Source: Heterodontus francisci (lineage: Eukaryota). From it: a stretch of 64,000 nucleotides of DNA. Shown piece after piece: positions 51,321 to 64,000 of the stretch (position 1 is the first letter of the stretch; each line of letters begins with the position of its first letter). The stretch spans positions 8,432,001 through 8,496,000 of the forward strand of contig NC_090404.1 of assembly GCF_036365525.1 (NCBI RefSeq), in the 5' to 3' direction. A program made the translations under genes and the position numbers. The notes below the pieces were generated by a model. That model did no database searches, was not told where the DNA came from, and was given only the letters and a program-made list of their open reading frames with translations.

Positions 51321-53814
51321 TTTTTTCATTTTTCTTTTTTTCTTTATCAGCCAGGGTTCCTGCTCCTGATCTCTATCTTACCCTTGCTAAATCTGATCTG
51401 AGAGTGATTGGCCAGGCAGCGTTCAAGGAGCATTTATCTGCATCTAAACAATAAACTGCGAGTGCTCGAGCCAGTTGTATAAGAATAAATCTCTCCAAAG
51501 CCCAGATCTAACAACGCAAACTCATTTATATTAAAGTTCTTTCTAATAAAGTGTGTGCGCGGGTTGTAATGATTTATTAATTTTCAAACGTTTCGAGTAA
51601 CAGATAATTATGGAATGAGAGTGACCTGATCTTTAGCTTAATTTCAGACTAAATAGTTTCAGGGAGTTATTGATTTAGTGACGGGTTTGACCAACTCCAG
51701 AAAGCAGCGTCAGTTCTGATCTGGTTGGAGGCTGCAGATACTTCGAAAATCCAAATAATGTCGAACTCGCGCTCCAAATAGCTTATGTTTGAAACCGTTA
51801 TTTTGTTCAATTATTTCTTTTAAAAAAGGAAGCAGGTAGGTACCAAGTCGGGTGAGATGCAGTTATTGCACTGGGTCACAAGGCTTATCGTCGCTGAATT
51901 GCACTTCAGCGAAAACATTAAAGAGATACCATCAGACTACAATGAGTCATTATTTACAAAAAGCTTCAAGCTTCTGCAACAGTATCCAATTGACTCATTT
52001 ACGTCAAGTTCCTTTCCTATTTCATTTATATCAAGTCACAAAAATAGAGCTGATTAGGAGGCTCAATATTATGAAGTGTTTCCTTCTATTAAGTCGGGAA
52101 GAACTAATTCTGTTGCATCGTATGGGATCATAAAATCTTACAGCATGGAAGGAAGGCATTCGACCCCTCGTTCCTGTCCGTGTTTCGAAATAGCGGTCCA
52201 ATTTAGTCCCACACCTCAACATTTTGCTCATCATCCTGCAAATTAACCTTCATTGTGAAAAAGTCCTCATTTCCACTCAAGTCATTTGGCCAATGATTTT
52301 AACCCTTTAACCTTTGGTTACCGACGGAGGAATCAGTTTCTCCCGAATTGCTCAATCAAACCCTGTCATAATTTTAATTGGTCTCCCAATAATCTTCACT
52401 GCTCTAAGGAAAACAATCCCAGCTTCTCCGATATCTCTACGTATCTGACCCCTCTCATCCCTGGTTGTGATCCGGCTAAACATTCATTGTCCCTTCTTCA
52501 AGGCCTTTCCAACCTTCCAAAAGTGCGGTTTCCAAAAATCCACTCAACAATAGTTCATCTGAAACCTGTACAGTGATTTCTAAAGGTTCCGCATGACTTC
52601 CTTGCTTTTTGTATTCACTGACTGAATTTACAAAGCCTAGTATCCCAGATAACTGCATTATCGACTTATCCTGCCACCTTCCAAGATTTCCCAATATGCA
52701 GCGCCAGGTCCCTCTGCTTTTATAACGACTTCAAAATTGTACTATTTAGATTCTACTGCCTCTCCATGTTGAAGCTCCTGAAGTGCAGCGCTTCACATTG
52801 ATAGAATCATAGACTAATACAGACAGAATGAGGTGATTCGTCCAATTATTCCGGTTAACTTGCACTTGCCATGTGTTTGCCCATTTCATCAGTCTGTTTA
52901 TGTCCTCCTTGTGGGAAACGGATTATTAACTGACTGGGAGGGAGGAGGAAACTCATGAGAGACCCGTTCAGTACAATAGGATACAGCACAAATCATAATG
53001 CATTTAAGAGCATGTCTCTTCCTCCAATTCTGAGAAGGAAAGAGATAGACTCGAGACATTCCCGATTCGTCTAAAGGTGGAATCTTAGAAACTAGGATAA
53101 CGAAAGTTCCCTATTGACTTCTGTGCACTAAATCATTCAGTGCATATTTTCAAGTTTATATATTGCAAATGTCCTTTATTTATGGGGACAAAGAAGATTT
53201 AGATTCCAACGCTGGAATTTTAAAGAGTTTATAAAGGAATTTGGGAAGCATAATTTCCCCGATTGGTGAGTTGGTAAGGAGACGGCACTGATTGAAAATC
53301 TGTACCAAAGGAATGAGGGAGTGGGAAATCTGTTTTCCTACACAGTGGGTTGTTAGCACTTGGAATGTCCTATCAGAGAATAAAAAACAATCAGCAATCA
53401 GAATCCATAATAGCGCGAGAAAATGGAACATTTGAAAAGAAGATTTGAAATTGAAAGTAGAACGAGATTGGTGGAGAAATCTTTCACAGGCTTGATGAGC
53501 CAATTTGCCCTCTTCTGTGCTATAAATTTGTATTATTGTATAATTCTGGATCATGCTTTGTAAATATGATTGGATTTGTTTTAAGCATAAGACAACTGGT
53601 AGATCTAGCGGATGTAGTTATGTGACTAGGAGAACTAAACCCGCTGCAATTCAGATAAGTGTATCACCTGAAAATAACAACTTGCAATTTCATAGCCACT
53701 TTGCCGTAGTAAACACTCAGAAGAACATTCCCTGCAGTCAATTTTCAAGTTGTTTGGTTAGATATACGCTAGGGTTACAGAATCTAAATTATGAAATTGG
53801 TCATCCTTTCCCAA

Positions 53815-54185
53815 CGACACCGTCTCCACCGGCCCCCACCCCACCTCCACCACCCACCCACAGCACCCCCCACCCCTCCCCCCCACCCCACCCCAGTCAA
53901 CCCGCACACTCTGCGGCCAGCTCGCCTGTGAAGAACTCAACACCAACAGCTCCGGAGCCTACGGCTGTTTGGCGATGGACTACACCCCCGAAATCACCAC
54001 CATTTCCTGGAAGAAAAATAAAGAACCGATCAGTACTAGATTCAAGACTTACCCGTCAGTGCCGACCAAGAAGGGAACCTACACCCGGAGCTGCCAGTTA
54101 ACCATCACCGAGTCAGAGGTGGGAAGCAGCAAAATCTACTGCGAGGTTCGACGCGGAGAGTCGCTCTGGATCAATAAACTGCCAG
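53815..54185 (+). pseudogene. IGHM: IgM heavy chain Cmu1 exon, disabled
   Basis: (A)TPSPP[C-rich ~75-bp frameshifting insert]TLCG..CEE...YGCLAMDY...SWKK...[39 protein letters not shown]. Acceptor reads AA instead of AG (53813-53814); donor G|GTTAGT is intact. Confidence 0.88.
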
Positions 54186-54917
54186 GTTAGTGTCGTATAC
54201 AAGGGGTAAAGTGAAAAACAGATCAGTTATATTCAACCTGTACAGAACTTTGCTTCGGTCAGCCTGAGAGTACTACACATAATCCTGGTCTCCATTTCAC
54301 ACTTAGTGCGCTGTGTTTAGTTTTGGTTTTCATACTGCAAGAATGATACAGAAGCACTGGAGAAGGTACAAAAAGATTTACAAGGGCAATACCAGAACTG
54401 AACGATTATAAATGTCAAAAAGTAATTAAAAGGCTGTTGCTCTATTCTTCAGGAAAGAGAAGGTTGCGGGTTGACCAAATACTGGTTTTTAACATTATGA
54501 ATGCGTTTAATAGGTTATGTGGAGAGAAAATATTTCTGCAAGAGAGGAAGCCCAACTCTAGGGGTTATAAGCATAATAAATTCACGAATAAATGCAATGA
54601 AGAATGCAGGAGAAGTTTCTTCAGCCAGCGTGTTTAGAATGTGGAACTTGCGACCACATAGAGCGGTTGAGACAAATGACATAGATGCCCTTTAAGAGGA
54701 ATCGAGATGAGTATATGAGGGAGAAAGGAAAGGATATTGATAGCGGGAGACAAAGCATAGTGGGAAGAGTTCATGTGGAGCAATAACTTCGACATTGATC
54801 TATTGGATCAAATTATTTGTTTCTATGTTTTAAATTCTATGTAATAATATTTGAAACAACGGTTGACAGTTATTTTGGATTGCAACAAAAATACATATAT
54901 ATTGTATTTTCTTGAAG

Positions 54918-55229
54918 ATCGTGTGTTACATCATCCAATTGTTATCCTCACCCAGAGTTCCAGTGAAGAAATCACAAGCAGCAGATTTGCAACTGTCTTG
55001 TGTTCAATCATCGATTTCCATCCAGAGTCAATAACCGTGAGTTGGTTGAAGGATGGACAACCCATGGATTCGGGCTTCATCACCTTTCCCGCCTGTGAAG
55101 CGAACGCGAACTTCTCGACGACCAGTCGGCTGACAGTCCCCGCTGGGGAATGGTTCACCAACACGGTCTATACCTGCCAGGTCTATCATCAAGTGGTCAC
55201 CCAAAGCCGAAACATCACCGGATCTCCGG
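54918..55229 (+). CDS. IGHM: IgM Cmu2 exon, open reading frame with intact splice sites
   Basis: [54 protein letters not shown]...YTCQVYHQ...NITGSP; gaag| acceptor and G|GTAAGA donor; 312 nt. Confidence 0.92.
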
Positions 55230-55914
55230 GTAAGAGACACAAACCGAGGAAGCTCCGGATAATTCTGAGTAAAGTCAGGACTTTGATTGAAATTAGTGTA
55301 AAGCACAGAATTATTTCGAACTTTTAATCGTGTAGCTTGTGTTTCGTTCCAAAGTAAAGGAGAAGAAAGACTTTCCTTTTTTCAGCGCGTCTAGACTCCT
55401 CTCAGAGATTCCATCCACAAGGAAGAAGGTGAGCGGTGAGATTGAAGCAATAAGTCAGAGGTTGTGGCTATTTCCTGTGTTTGTGAAAGGGACAATTCGT
55501 CCTATTAAATTATGTAATGGATTACTCTGATTCCACTAACGGAACCCTCTGGAACCATAGGTAATGCATTTAAGGGGAAGCTAGATAAGTAGATGAGGTA
55601 GAAAGGAATAGAAGGAGATGAAGCAAGGTGGGATGAAATTCGTGTGCAGCATAAACATCAGCACAGATTAGTTGGGCCGAATGCCCTGTTCCTGTGCTGT
55701 AAACTCCATGTAATGTTCCATTCTAATCCTTTAAGTCCTCAGTGAAAAGGATTGCATCCGCCTCTGCTCCGGGCTGGAAAACAGGACGGGTCCCAGAGGC
55801 GTAAAGGAAAACCTTTAAAATCCAGCGCAAAGCCCATTCCTCTCACATCGAACCAGTGCTCTCATTGCACATGGTTATTGGTAGGCTGTGAAAATCTGAA
55901 CAATAGTAACATTT

Positions 55915-56960
55915 CACACACAAACGCAAAAACACATATAAAACACTTGCATATATATGGAGACACAAACACATAAACACATACATTAACAAAAACACAC
56001 ATATATAAACACATTAAGAAGCACAAACACGCACAACATTAACTGATTTACACACAAACGCACGCATTAGTCCGCTCACACAGGCACACAAGTAACCACG
56101 GGTGTGAACGCATACATAAATACAGTGAAAAACATCCACTAAAACAGTCATACAGACATAAGCACAACACACATCAATCCACTGACCCTCATACTCACAC
56201 ACACACACACACACACACACGCACCCCGACAAACACGCACCCTGACACATATAAATGCAACACACTAATATCCTCAAATACACACATGGACACGCAGACA
56301 CGTTCGTAAACACAAACATGAACGGAAACAGACACACTGAAAAACGGACACATGAACACATCCACACAAACGTAAACACACAGTGACATATATCAACAAA
56401 CTCACTCTCTCTCACACACACACAAACAGAATGTTAAATATCTCCATTAACACGATCATATACACTCATTAACACTATCAACACTCATTCTCATGTTACC
56501 TCATAAACAAATGGCCACACAAAGACAAATATCAACGAACGACACAACAGGCATGGACGCCCAAACGCACTCATAAACAAACACACTCACACACACATGG
56601 ACCCACACATACACAAACATACACGTTAACACACACATAAAAGGACACGCAAGCACACACATAAACAAACACACGGACAGACACACATACAAACACATTA
56701 ACATCTTGGCATTTCTTCGTGAATGAAGATTTTAGGAAGGTTTCGCTCGCAGTTGCACGCCCGCTGGTGGCAAGTCAGGCCTAGCGTCGACCGCAACACA
56801 TAAACACTCAAGCACACACGTTAACACACACACCGAAAAAGGACTCATAGAGACACATTAACACACTCAAGGTCACACAAACACACACATTATCACACTC
56901 GCGCACATAAATGGATTCACAAACACAGAAAAATGCAAAACAGATAGAAATGCACACACT
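55915..56960. repeat. CA-rich low-complexity / decayed microsatellite tract
   Basis: (CA)n-like sequence over ~1 kb. Confidence 0.9.
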
Positions 56961-57585
56961 AAAACACGTATACTAAATGTCACATGATACACCTATGTGA
57001 ATTCAAATGTACTTTATGATTGAGTGAAGTCTCCAATAATTGCCCTGAATAAGTAATCCGTGACACGATAATATTTCACTGGTCTTTATGTGGGTCCTAA
57101 AACACACTGAAAGAATGTCCTCAGTTTAATACTGATGCAAGTTAAAGCTGTTCATAGGATTTCCACCACAGGATTTGAACTCACAGCCGACTCTCAATCA
57201 GAATCCTTGACGGTCTCCAACTAAGTTGCTATCGAAACATAACGCATGCGTGATCTATATACAATCAGGTATCTCACCTTCATATTCACGAACGTTAGAT
57301 TGTCCGAGATTAACCCAAAATAAATTGGCGTCTGACAATGAAGGAAAAAAGAAATAAAGATTTTCCAGCACGAAATGTATGAGAATCTTAAAGGAAGAAC
57401 GGTTGTGGTATCAGGAACAGGAACATTGCTGAGAGTCATTCATTTAAAGTCAGATATACGTTGAAGATTAAATTACAGAACAAAATGGTATCTCAGAGTA
57501 ATGATAAGAAAACAGAATATAATAATTATATGACATCCTGGATTAATAAACGACCTGAATATATTTCCCCCTCGACATCCTGTAG

Positions 57586-57713
57586 ATTCCTCCGGCCACA
57601 TCTGGATTGAAGACTATGAAGAAGAAAGCGGCAACATCAGGGCAGCCACGTCCACATACATCATCCTGTTCCTCCTGAGCATTTTCTACAGTGTTACCCT
57701 CACCCTGGTGAAG
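57586..57713 (+). CDS. IGHM: IgM transmembrane exon TM1, intact
   Basis: tgtag|AT: DSSGHIWIEDYEEESGNIRAATSTYIILFLLSIFYSVTLTLVK|GTGAGA; acidic spacer and the conserved YS motif. Confidence 0.92.
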
Positions 57714-58245
57714 GTGAGAAGATTCAATCCACCCGCAGTCACAAGAGCCTGGGGTCCATCTGACACATTCACACTGGGGAGCAGTGAGCCCGGCAATCAT
57801 TCAAAGAGCACGAGGCCTATCTGATAAAGCAGGGAGGAAGGATCTTGTGAATGAAACCCAGAGTCTGGTTTCTACTGGACTGATAGACTCTCTCTTTCCC
57901 ATTTTGTTTATAGAAGACGGAACGATGAACGGAAAGACTGTATTTGAGGGAGAGGGGTTGAGGGATAACACATTATATGCATGGACATTTGGAAGGTTCA
58001 GCTCACTAACATTGCCAGAAACAGTTTGTGTGCAAGCCGGACAAAGTTAAATTCTGATGGATAACAATTTATGTTTGTATGGGGGGGGGGTCTTGGTGTC
58101 CTTTTTGAACGAGCAAAGCGCATGTAGTTGATTATTTCATTCTGATGGTGTTCATTTAACCCCAGTTCAGCCATGTTGGACTACAGTAGAAGTGTATCCC
58201 TCCCCACCCCCCACCCCCCCTCTCTCTCTTTCCTTCTCCCTTTAG

Positions 58246-58311
58246 GTGCTGCACAGATCCTCCTGCTCTCTTCCAACCGCCCTGCTCTCGGGCAAGAATG
58301 AGTTCCTTTGA
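58246..58311 (+). CDS. Candidate TM2 exon with an extended tail (VLHRSSCSLPTALLSGKNEFL*)
   Basis: Strong polypyrimidine tract then tttag|GTG, ~530 bp after the TM1 donor. Confidence 0.45.
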   Translation: MLHRSSCSLPTALLSGKNEFL

Positions 58312-58539
58312 AGGATCCCGAGTCCAAATGGACTACAGAGACTGAAGACACAAATAGTCTGCACTAGAGTAATCACTTCCAACCCTTCGCCATTCTCAGC
58401 AGCACTAATTAAGACTGACTCTGTCTTCTGTTTCCTTGACAGCATTTCTCTATGTTCTGAGACATTTTCTCCGATACGATCAGAACGTCACCCCAGGCAT
58501 CCTCTCTCCCACTGCATTCCCTCCTCAAATACTGAAGCG

Positions 58540-59540
58540 GCCATGTAGAAATGCAGCAAGACCTGGACAATATGCAGGCTTGTGCTGATAAGTGGCAAGT
58601 AACATTCGCACGCCACACAAGTGCCAGGCAACGACCATCTCCAACAAGAGAGAATCTAACCATCTCCCCTTGAAAATACGTAACGGTATCACGATCATTG
58701 TATCCCCCACGATCAACATCCTAGGGGCTACCATTGACTAGAAACTGAACTGGAGTAGCCATATAAATACCGTGGCTACAAGAGCAGGTCAGAGGCTAGG
58801 ATTCCTGAGGCGAGTAACTCACCTCCTGACTCCCCAAAGTCTGTCCACCATCTACAAGGCACAAGTCAGGAGTGTGATGGAATACTCTACACTTGCCTGG
58901 ATGGGTGCAGCTCCAACAACACGTATATCTGACTAAGATATCATCCCTCCTTACTGCAGTAATTGACTCCTTGATCAATAGTGCAATGCCACCTCCTCTT
59001 CTACACCTACAGTGCTGTTAGGAAGGGAGTTCCAGGATTTTGACCCAGCGACAGCGAAGGAACGGCGATATAGTTCCAAGTCAGGATGGTGTGTGACTTG
59101 GAGGGGAACTTGCAGGTGGTGGTGTTCCCATGTATTTGCTGCCCTTGTCCTTCTAGTTGGCAGATGTCGCGGGTTTTGAAGGTGCTGTCTAAGGTGACTT
59201 GGTGCATTGCTGTGGTGCATCTTGTAGATGGTACACAGTGCTGCCACTGTGCGTCAGTGGTGGAGGGACTGAATGTTTGTGGATGGGGTGCCAATCAAGC
59301 GGGCTGTTTTGTCCTGGATGGTTTGGAAATCTGTCAATCTCTGCTTTAAACATACTCAATGACTGAGCTTCCACAGCCCTCCGGGGTAGAGAATTGCAAA
59401 GATTCACAACCCTCTGTGTAATGACATTTCTCCTCATCTCTGCCCCAAGTGATTTCCCCCTTATTTTGAAATTGTGTCCCCTGGTTCTAGACTCCTCAAC
59501 CAGGTGAAATATCTTACCTGCATCTACCCTGTCTATCTAT
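58540..59540. mobile_element. Mixed LINE fragments in both orientations
   Basis: RT C-terminal relics (DKWQVTF, TIYKAQVRSVMEYS, TQRVVNL). Confidence 0.65.
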
Positions 59541-59549
59541 AACGATACC

Positions 59550-62470
59550 CCAGGGTCCTACAAGACAAGGGGCGGCACTGGACCTAATCTTCGGGAATGA
59601 AGCCGGACAAGTGGTGGAAGTCTCAGTGGGGGGGGGGGGGGGGCATTTCGGGGATAGTGACCATAACTCTGTAAGATTTAAGGTAGTTATGGAAAAGGAC
59701 ATAGAGGGACCGGAAATAAAGGTACTGAGTTGGGGGAAGGCAGATTTCAATATGAGTCATCGAGAGAGATGCAGCACTGAAACAGGCCCTTTGGCCGACC
59801 GAGTCTGTGCTGACCATCAACCACCCATTTATACTAATCCTACATTAATCCTATATTCCCTACCACATATCACCTTCCCTCAATTCTCCTACCACCTACC
59901 TACACTAGGGGCAATTTACAATGGCCAATTTAGCTATCAACCTGCAAGTCTTTGGCTGTGGGCGGAAACAAGAGCACCCGACGGAAACCCACGCAGTCAC
60001 AGGGAGAATTTGAAAACTCCACACAGGCAGTACCCAGAACCGAACGTGGGTCGCTAAAGCAGTGATGCTAGCCACTGCGCCACTGTGCCAAAATGATTCA
60101 ACAAGATCTGGTCAAAGTGGACTGGGATCAGCTACTTAGAGGAAAGTCGCAATCAGATCAGTGGGAGTCATTCAAAAATGAAATAGTGAGAGTTCAGGGC
60201 CATCATGCTCGTGTAAACGTGAAAGGTAGGACTAACAAGCCCAGGGAACCTGGATGTCAAGCGATAGAGAGGATTGGATAACGAATAAAAAAGGAGACTT
60301 ATGGCAGATTCACAGGGCTGAAAACAATGGAGGCCCTAGAGGAGTATAGAAAGTGCAGGCGGTACTTTAATAAGTAATTAGGAGAGCGAAGGGGGGCATG
60401 AAAAACACTGCAGGCAAGATAAAGGAAAATCCCAAGGCCTTTCATAAGTATATCAAGGGCAAGAGGATCAGCAGGGAATGACGAGGGCCCATTAGGGACC
60501 AAAGTGGCAATCTCTGTGTGGAGCTGGAGGACGTAGGTGAGGTTTTAAATTATTACTTTTCATCTGTGTGCACTATGGAGAAGGATGATATAGCTGTAGA
60601 GATCAAGGAGGGGGATTGTGATAGACTTGAATAAATTAGCATTGAAAGAGAGGAGGTATAGCGGTTTTAGCGGTCTTAAAAGTGGATAAATCCCCAACGC
60701 CCAGATGAGATGTATCCCAAACAAAAACAAGAACTGCTGGAATCACTCAGCAGGTCTGGCAGCATCTGTGGAAAGAGAAGCAGAGTTTACGTTTCGGGTC
60801 ACTGACCCGAAACGTTAACTCTGCTTCTCTTTCCACAGATGCTGCCAGACCTGCTGAGTGATTCCAGCATTTCTTGTTTTTGTTTCAGATTTCCAGCATC
60901 CGCAGTATTTTGCTTTTATTTGAGATGTATCCCAGGCTGTTGTGTGAGGCAAAGAAGGAGATTGCAGGGGCTCTGACACAAATTTTCAAATCCTCTCTGG
61001 CCACAGGAGAAGTGCCAGAGGACTGGAGGACAGCGAATGTGGTACCATTATTCAAGAAAGGTAGCAGGGATAACCAGGTAATTACAGGCCGGTTCGTCTA
61101 ACATCAGTGGTAGGGAAACTAATGGAAAAAATTCTGAGGGACAGGATTAATATCCACTTGGAGAGGCAGGGATTAATCAAGGATGGTCAGCGTGGCTTTG
61201 TCAAGGGGAGATCATGTCCAACAAATTTGATCGAATCTTTCGAGGAGGTGACTAGGTGTGTAGATGAGGGTAAAGCTATTGAAGTAGTCTACGTGGACTT
61301 TAGTAAGGCTTTTGATAAGAGCCCGCATGGTAGATTGGTCAGGAAGGTAACAGCCCATGGGATCCAGGCCAATTTGGCAAATTGGATCCAAAATGGGCTT
61401 TGTGGCAGGAGGCAGAGGGCGATTGTCCTGGGTTATTCTTGCGAGTGGAAGCCTGCGACCAGTGGTATACGCAGGGATCGGTGCTGGGACCCTTGCTCTT
61501 TTGTAGTGTACATTAATGATTTAGAAGCGAATATAGGAGGTATGATCAATGTGTTCGCAGATGACACGGAAATTTTTGGTGTTGTAAATAGTGAGGAGGA
61601 AAGCCTTAGATTACAGTATGATGTAGATGGGCTGGGAAAATGAGCAGAGCAGTGGCAAATGGAATTTAATCCTGAGAAGTGTGAGGTGATGCATTTTGAG
61701 AGGACTAACAAGGCAAGGGAATATACAATGGATGGTGGGGCCACTGGAAGTACAGAAGGTCAACGGGACCTTGGTGTACTTGTCCATAGATCACTGAAGG
61801 GAGAACCACAGGTAGATAAGATGGTTAGGAAGGCATATGGGATACTTGCCTTTATTAGCCGGGGCATAGAATATAAGCACAGGGAAGTTATGACGGAGCT
61901 ATATAAAACGCTAGTTCGGTCACAGTTGAAGTACTGTGTATATTTCTGGGCACCGCACTAGAGGATGGATATGATTGCACTGGAGAGGGTGCAGAGGAGA
62001 TTCACCAGGATGTTGCCTGGGCTGGAGCATTTCAGCTACGAAGGGAGACTGGATAGGCGAGGGTTGTGTTCCTTAGAGCAGAGAAGGCTGAGGGGGTACC
62101 TGATTGACATATACAAAATTATAAGGGGCATTGATAGGGTAGACAGGAAGAAACTGTGCCCCTTAACGGAGGTGTCAATAACCTGGAGGCATAGATTTAA
62201 TGGAAGGGATAGGAGGCTTAAGAGGGGATTTGAGGAAATAAAATTCACCCAGAGGGTGGTTGGAATCTGGAACGCACTGCCTGCCTGAAGAGTTTTTAGA
62301 GGCAGGAACCCTCACAACATTTAAGAAGTAATTAGATGAACACTTGAAACGCCATAACATAGAAGGCTACGGGCCAAATGCAGGAAAACGGGATTAGAAT
62401 AGAAAAATGCTTGATGGCCGGCATGAACACGATGGGCGGAAGGGCCTGTTACTGTGCTGTATAACTCAAT
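59550..62470 (+). mobile_element. Decayed CR1 LINE with a nested SINE (59765-60089, -) and a hairpin Penelope-derived element (60720-60920)
   Basis: GDSDHNSV and RT motifs; hairpin TSD TGAGATGTATCCCA at 60706-60719 and 60921-60934. Confidence 0.88.
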
Positions 62471-62509
62471 GACTTTCCCTGCTCCATGCCCTCTGATACC
62501 ATCTCTCAC

Positions 62510-64000
62510 AATTCGGTTAGGTTTACCTTAGCGATGGGTAGGGACAGGTATATACCGCAGGGCAAAAATTATAGCTGGGGGAAAGGAAATTATGATGCGA
62601 TTAGGCAAGATTTAGGATGGGGAAGGAAACTGCAGGGGATGGGAACAATCGAAATGTGGAGCTTATTCAAGGAGCAGCTACTGCATGTCCTTGATAAGTA
62701 TATACCTGTCAGGCAGGGAGGAAGTTGCCGAGCGAGGGAGCCGTGGTTTACTAAAGAAGTTGAAGCGCTTGTCAAGAGGAAGAAGAAGGCTTATGTTAGG
62801 ATGAGACGTGAAGGCTCAGTTAGGACGCTTGAGAATTACAAGCTAGCCAGGCAGGATCTAAAGGGAGAGCTCAGAAGAGCAAGGAGAGGACACGAGAAGT
62901 CATTGGCGGATCGGATCAGGGAAAACCCTAAGGCTTTCTATAGGTATATCAGGAATAAAAGAATGACTAGAGTTAGATTAGGGCCAATCAAGGATAGTAG
63001 TGGGAAGTTGTGCGTGGAATCAGAGGAGATAGGGGAAGCATTAAATGAATATTTTGCGTCAGTATTTACAGTAGAGAAAGAAAATGTTGTCGAGGAGAAT
63101 ACTGAGATACAGACTACTAGGCTAGATGGGATTGAGGTTCACAAGGAGGAGGTGTTAGCAATTTTGGAAAGTGTGAAAATAGATAAGTCCCCTGGGCCAG
63201 ATGGGATTTATCCTAGGATTCTCTGGGAAGCTAGGGAAGAGATTGCAGAGCCTTTGTCCTTGATCTTTATGTCGTCATTGTCGACAGGAATAGTGCCGGA
63301 AGACTGGAGGATAGCAAATGTTGTCCCCTTGTTCAAGAAGGGGAGTAGAGACAGCCCTGGCAATTATAGACCTGTGAGCCTTACTTCGGTTGTTGGTAAA
63401 ATGTTGGAAAAGGATATAAGAGACAGGATTTATAATCATCTTGAAAAGAATAAGTTCATCAGCGATAGTCAGCACGGTTTTGTGACGGGTAGGTCGTGCC
63501 TCACAAACCTTAATGAGTTTTTCGCGAAGGTGACCAAACAGGTGGATGAGGGTAAAGCAGTGGATGTGGTGTATATGGATTTCAGTAAGGTGTTTGATAA
63601 GCTTCCCCACGGTAGGCTATTGCAGAAAATATGGAAGTATGGGGTGGAAGGTGATTTAGAGCTTTGGATCAGAAATTGGCTAGCTGAAAGAAGACAGAGG
63701 GTGGTGGTTGATGGCAAATGTTCATCCTGGAGTTTAGTTACTAGTGGTGTACCGCAAGGATCTGTTTTGGGGCCACTGCTGTTTGTCATTTTTATAAATG
63801 ACCTGGAAGAGGGTGTAGAAGGATGGGTTAGTAAATTTGCGGATGACACGAAGGTCGGTGGAGTTGTGGATAGTGCCGAAGGATGTTGTAGGGTACAGAG
63901 GGACATAGATAGGCTGCAGAGCTGGGCTGAGAGATGGCAAATGGAGTTTAATGCGGAAAAGTGTGAGGTGATTCACTTTGGAAGGAGTAACAGGAATGCA
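62510..64000 (+). mobile_element. Young CR1 LINE (same subfamily as 17886 and 25080), runs off the window
   Basis: Near-identical to the reverse complement of 25850-27310. Confidence 0.92.

Noticed and set aside
51860-51900. J-like TG.TRLIV on the + strand
   Set aside because: Needs a frameshift; no RSS or splice donor.
53175-53200. TGGGGACAA as a JH (WGQG) relic
   Set aside because: No continuation to TMVTV, no RSS and no donor.
53553-54101. Proline-rich 182-aa ORF as a novel protein or hinge
   Set aside because: Arises from the C-rich insertion in Cmu1 read largely out of frame.
56014-56704. Cys/Val-rich ORFs
   Set aside because: Translation of (CA)n low-complexity sequence.

Overview
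Eukaryotic DNA from a shark (cartilaginous fish) T-cell receptor alpha/delta locus. From memory, the Ig exons closely resemble horn shark (Heterodontus) IgM. On the - strand is a complete NAR-TCR cassette: leader + NAR-type V with 22-RSS, a 12/12-RSS D, a 23-RSS J, and a leaderless supporting Vdelta whose 23-RSS is tandemly amplified. The window also holds three apparently functional conventional TCR Valpha/delta genes in mixed orientation, about seven V pseudogenes or fragments, and a second, dead NAR-TCR V. The right half contains a decayed TCR constant gene (Cdelta-like C exon plus a connecting-peptide/TM exon, - strand) lying back-to-back with an IgM heavy-chain constant remnant (+ strand). 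In that remnant Cmu1 is broken, Cmu2 is intact, Cmu3/Cmu4 are absent and TM is intact. Roughly half the window is repeats: CR1-type LINEs (some nested), a Penelope-like element with a hammerhead motif and hairpin derivatives, tRNA-derived SINEs and minisatellites. All calls come from manual reading; no database searches were run, and repeat boundaries are approximate.
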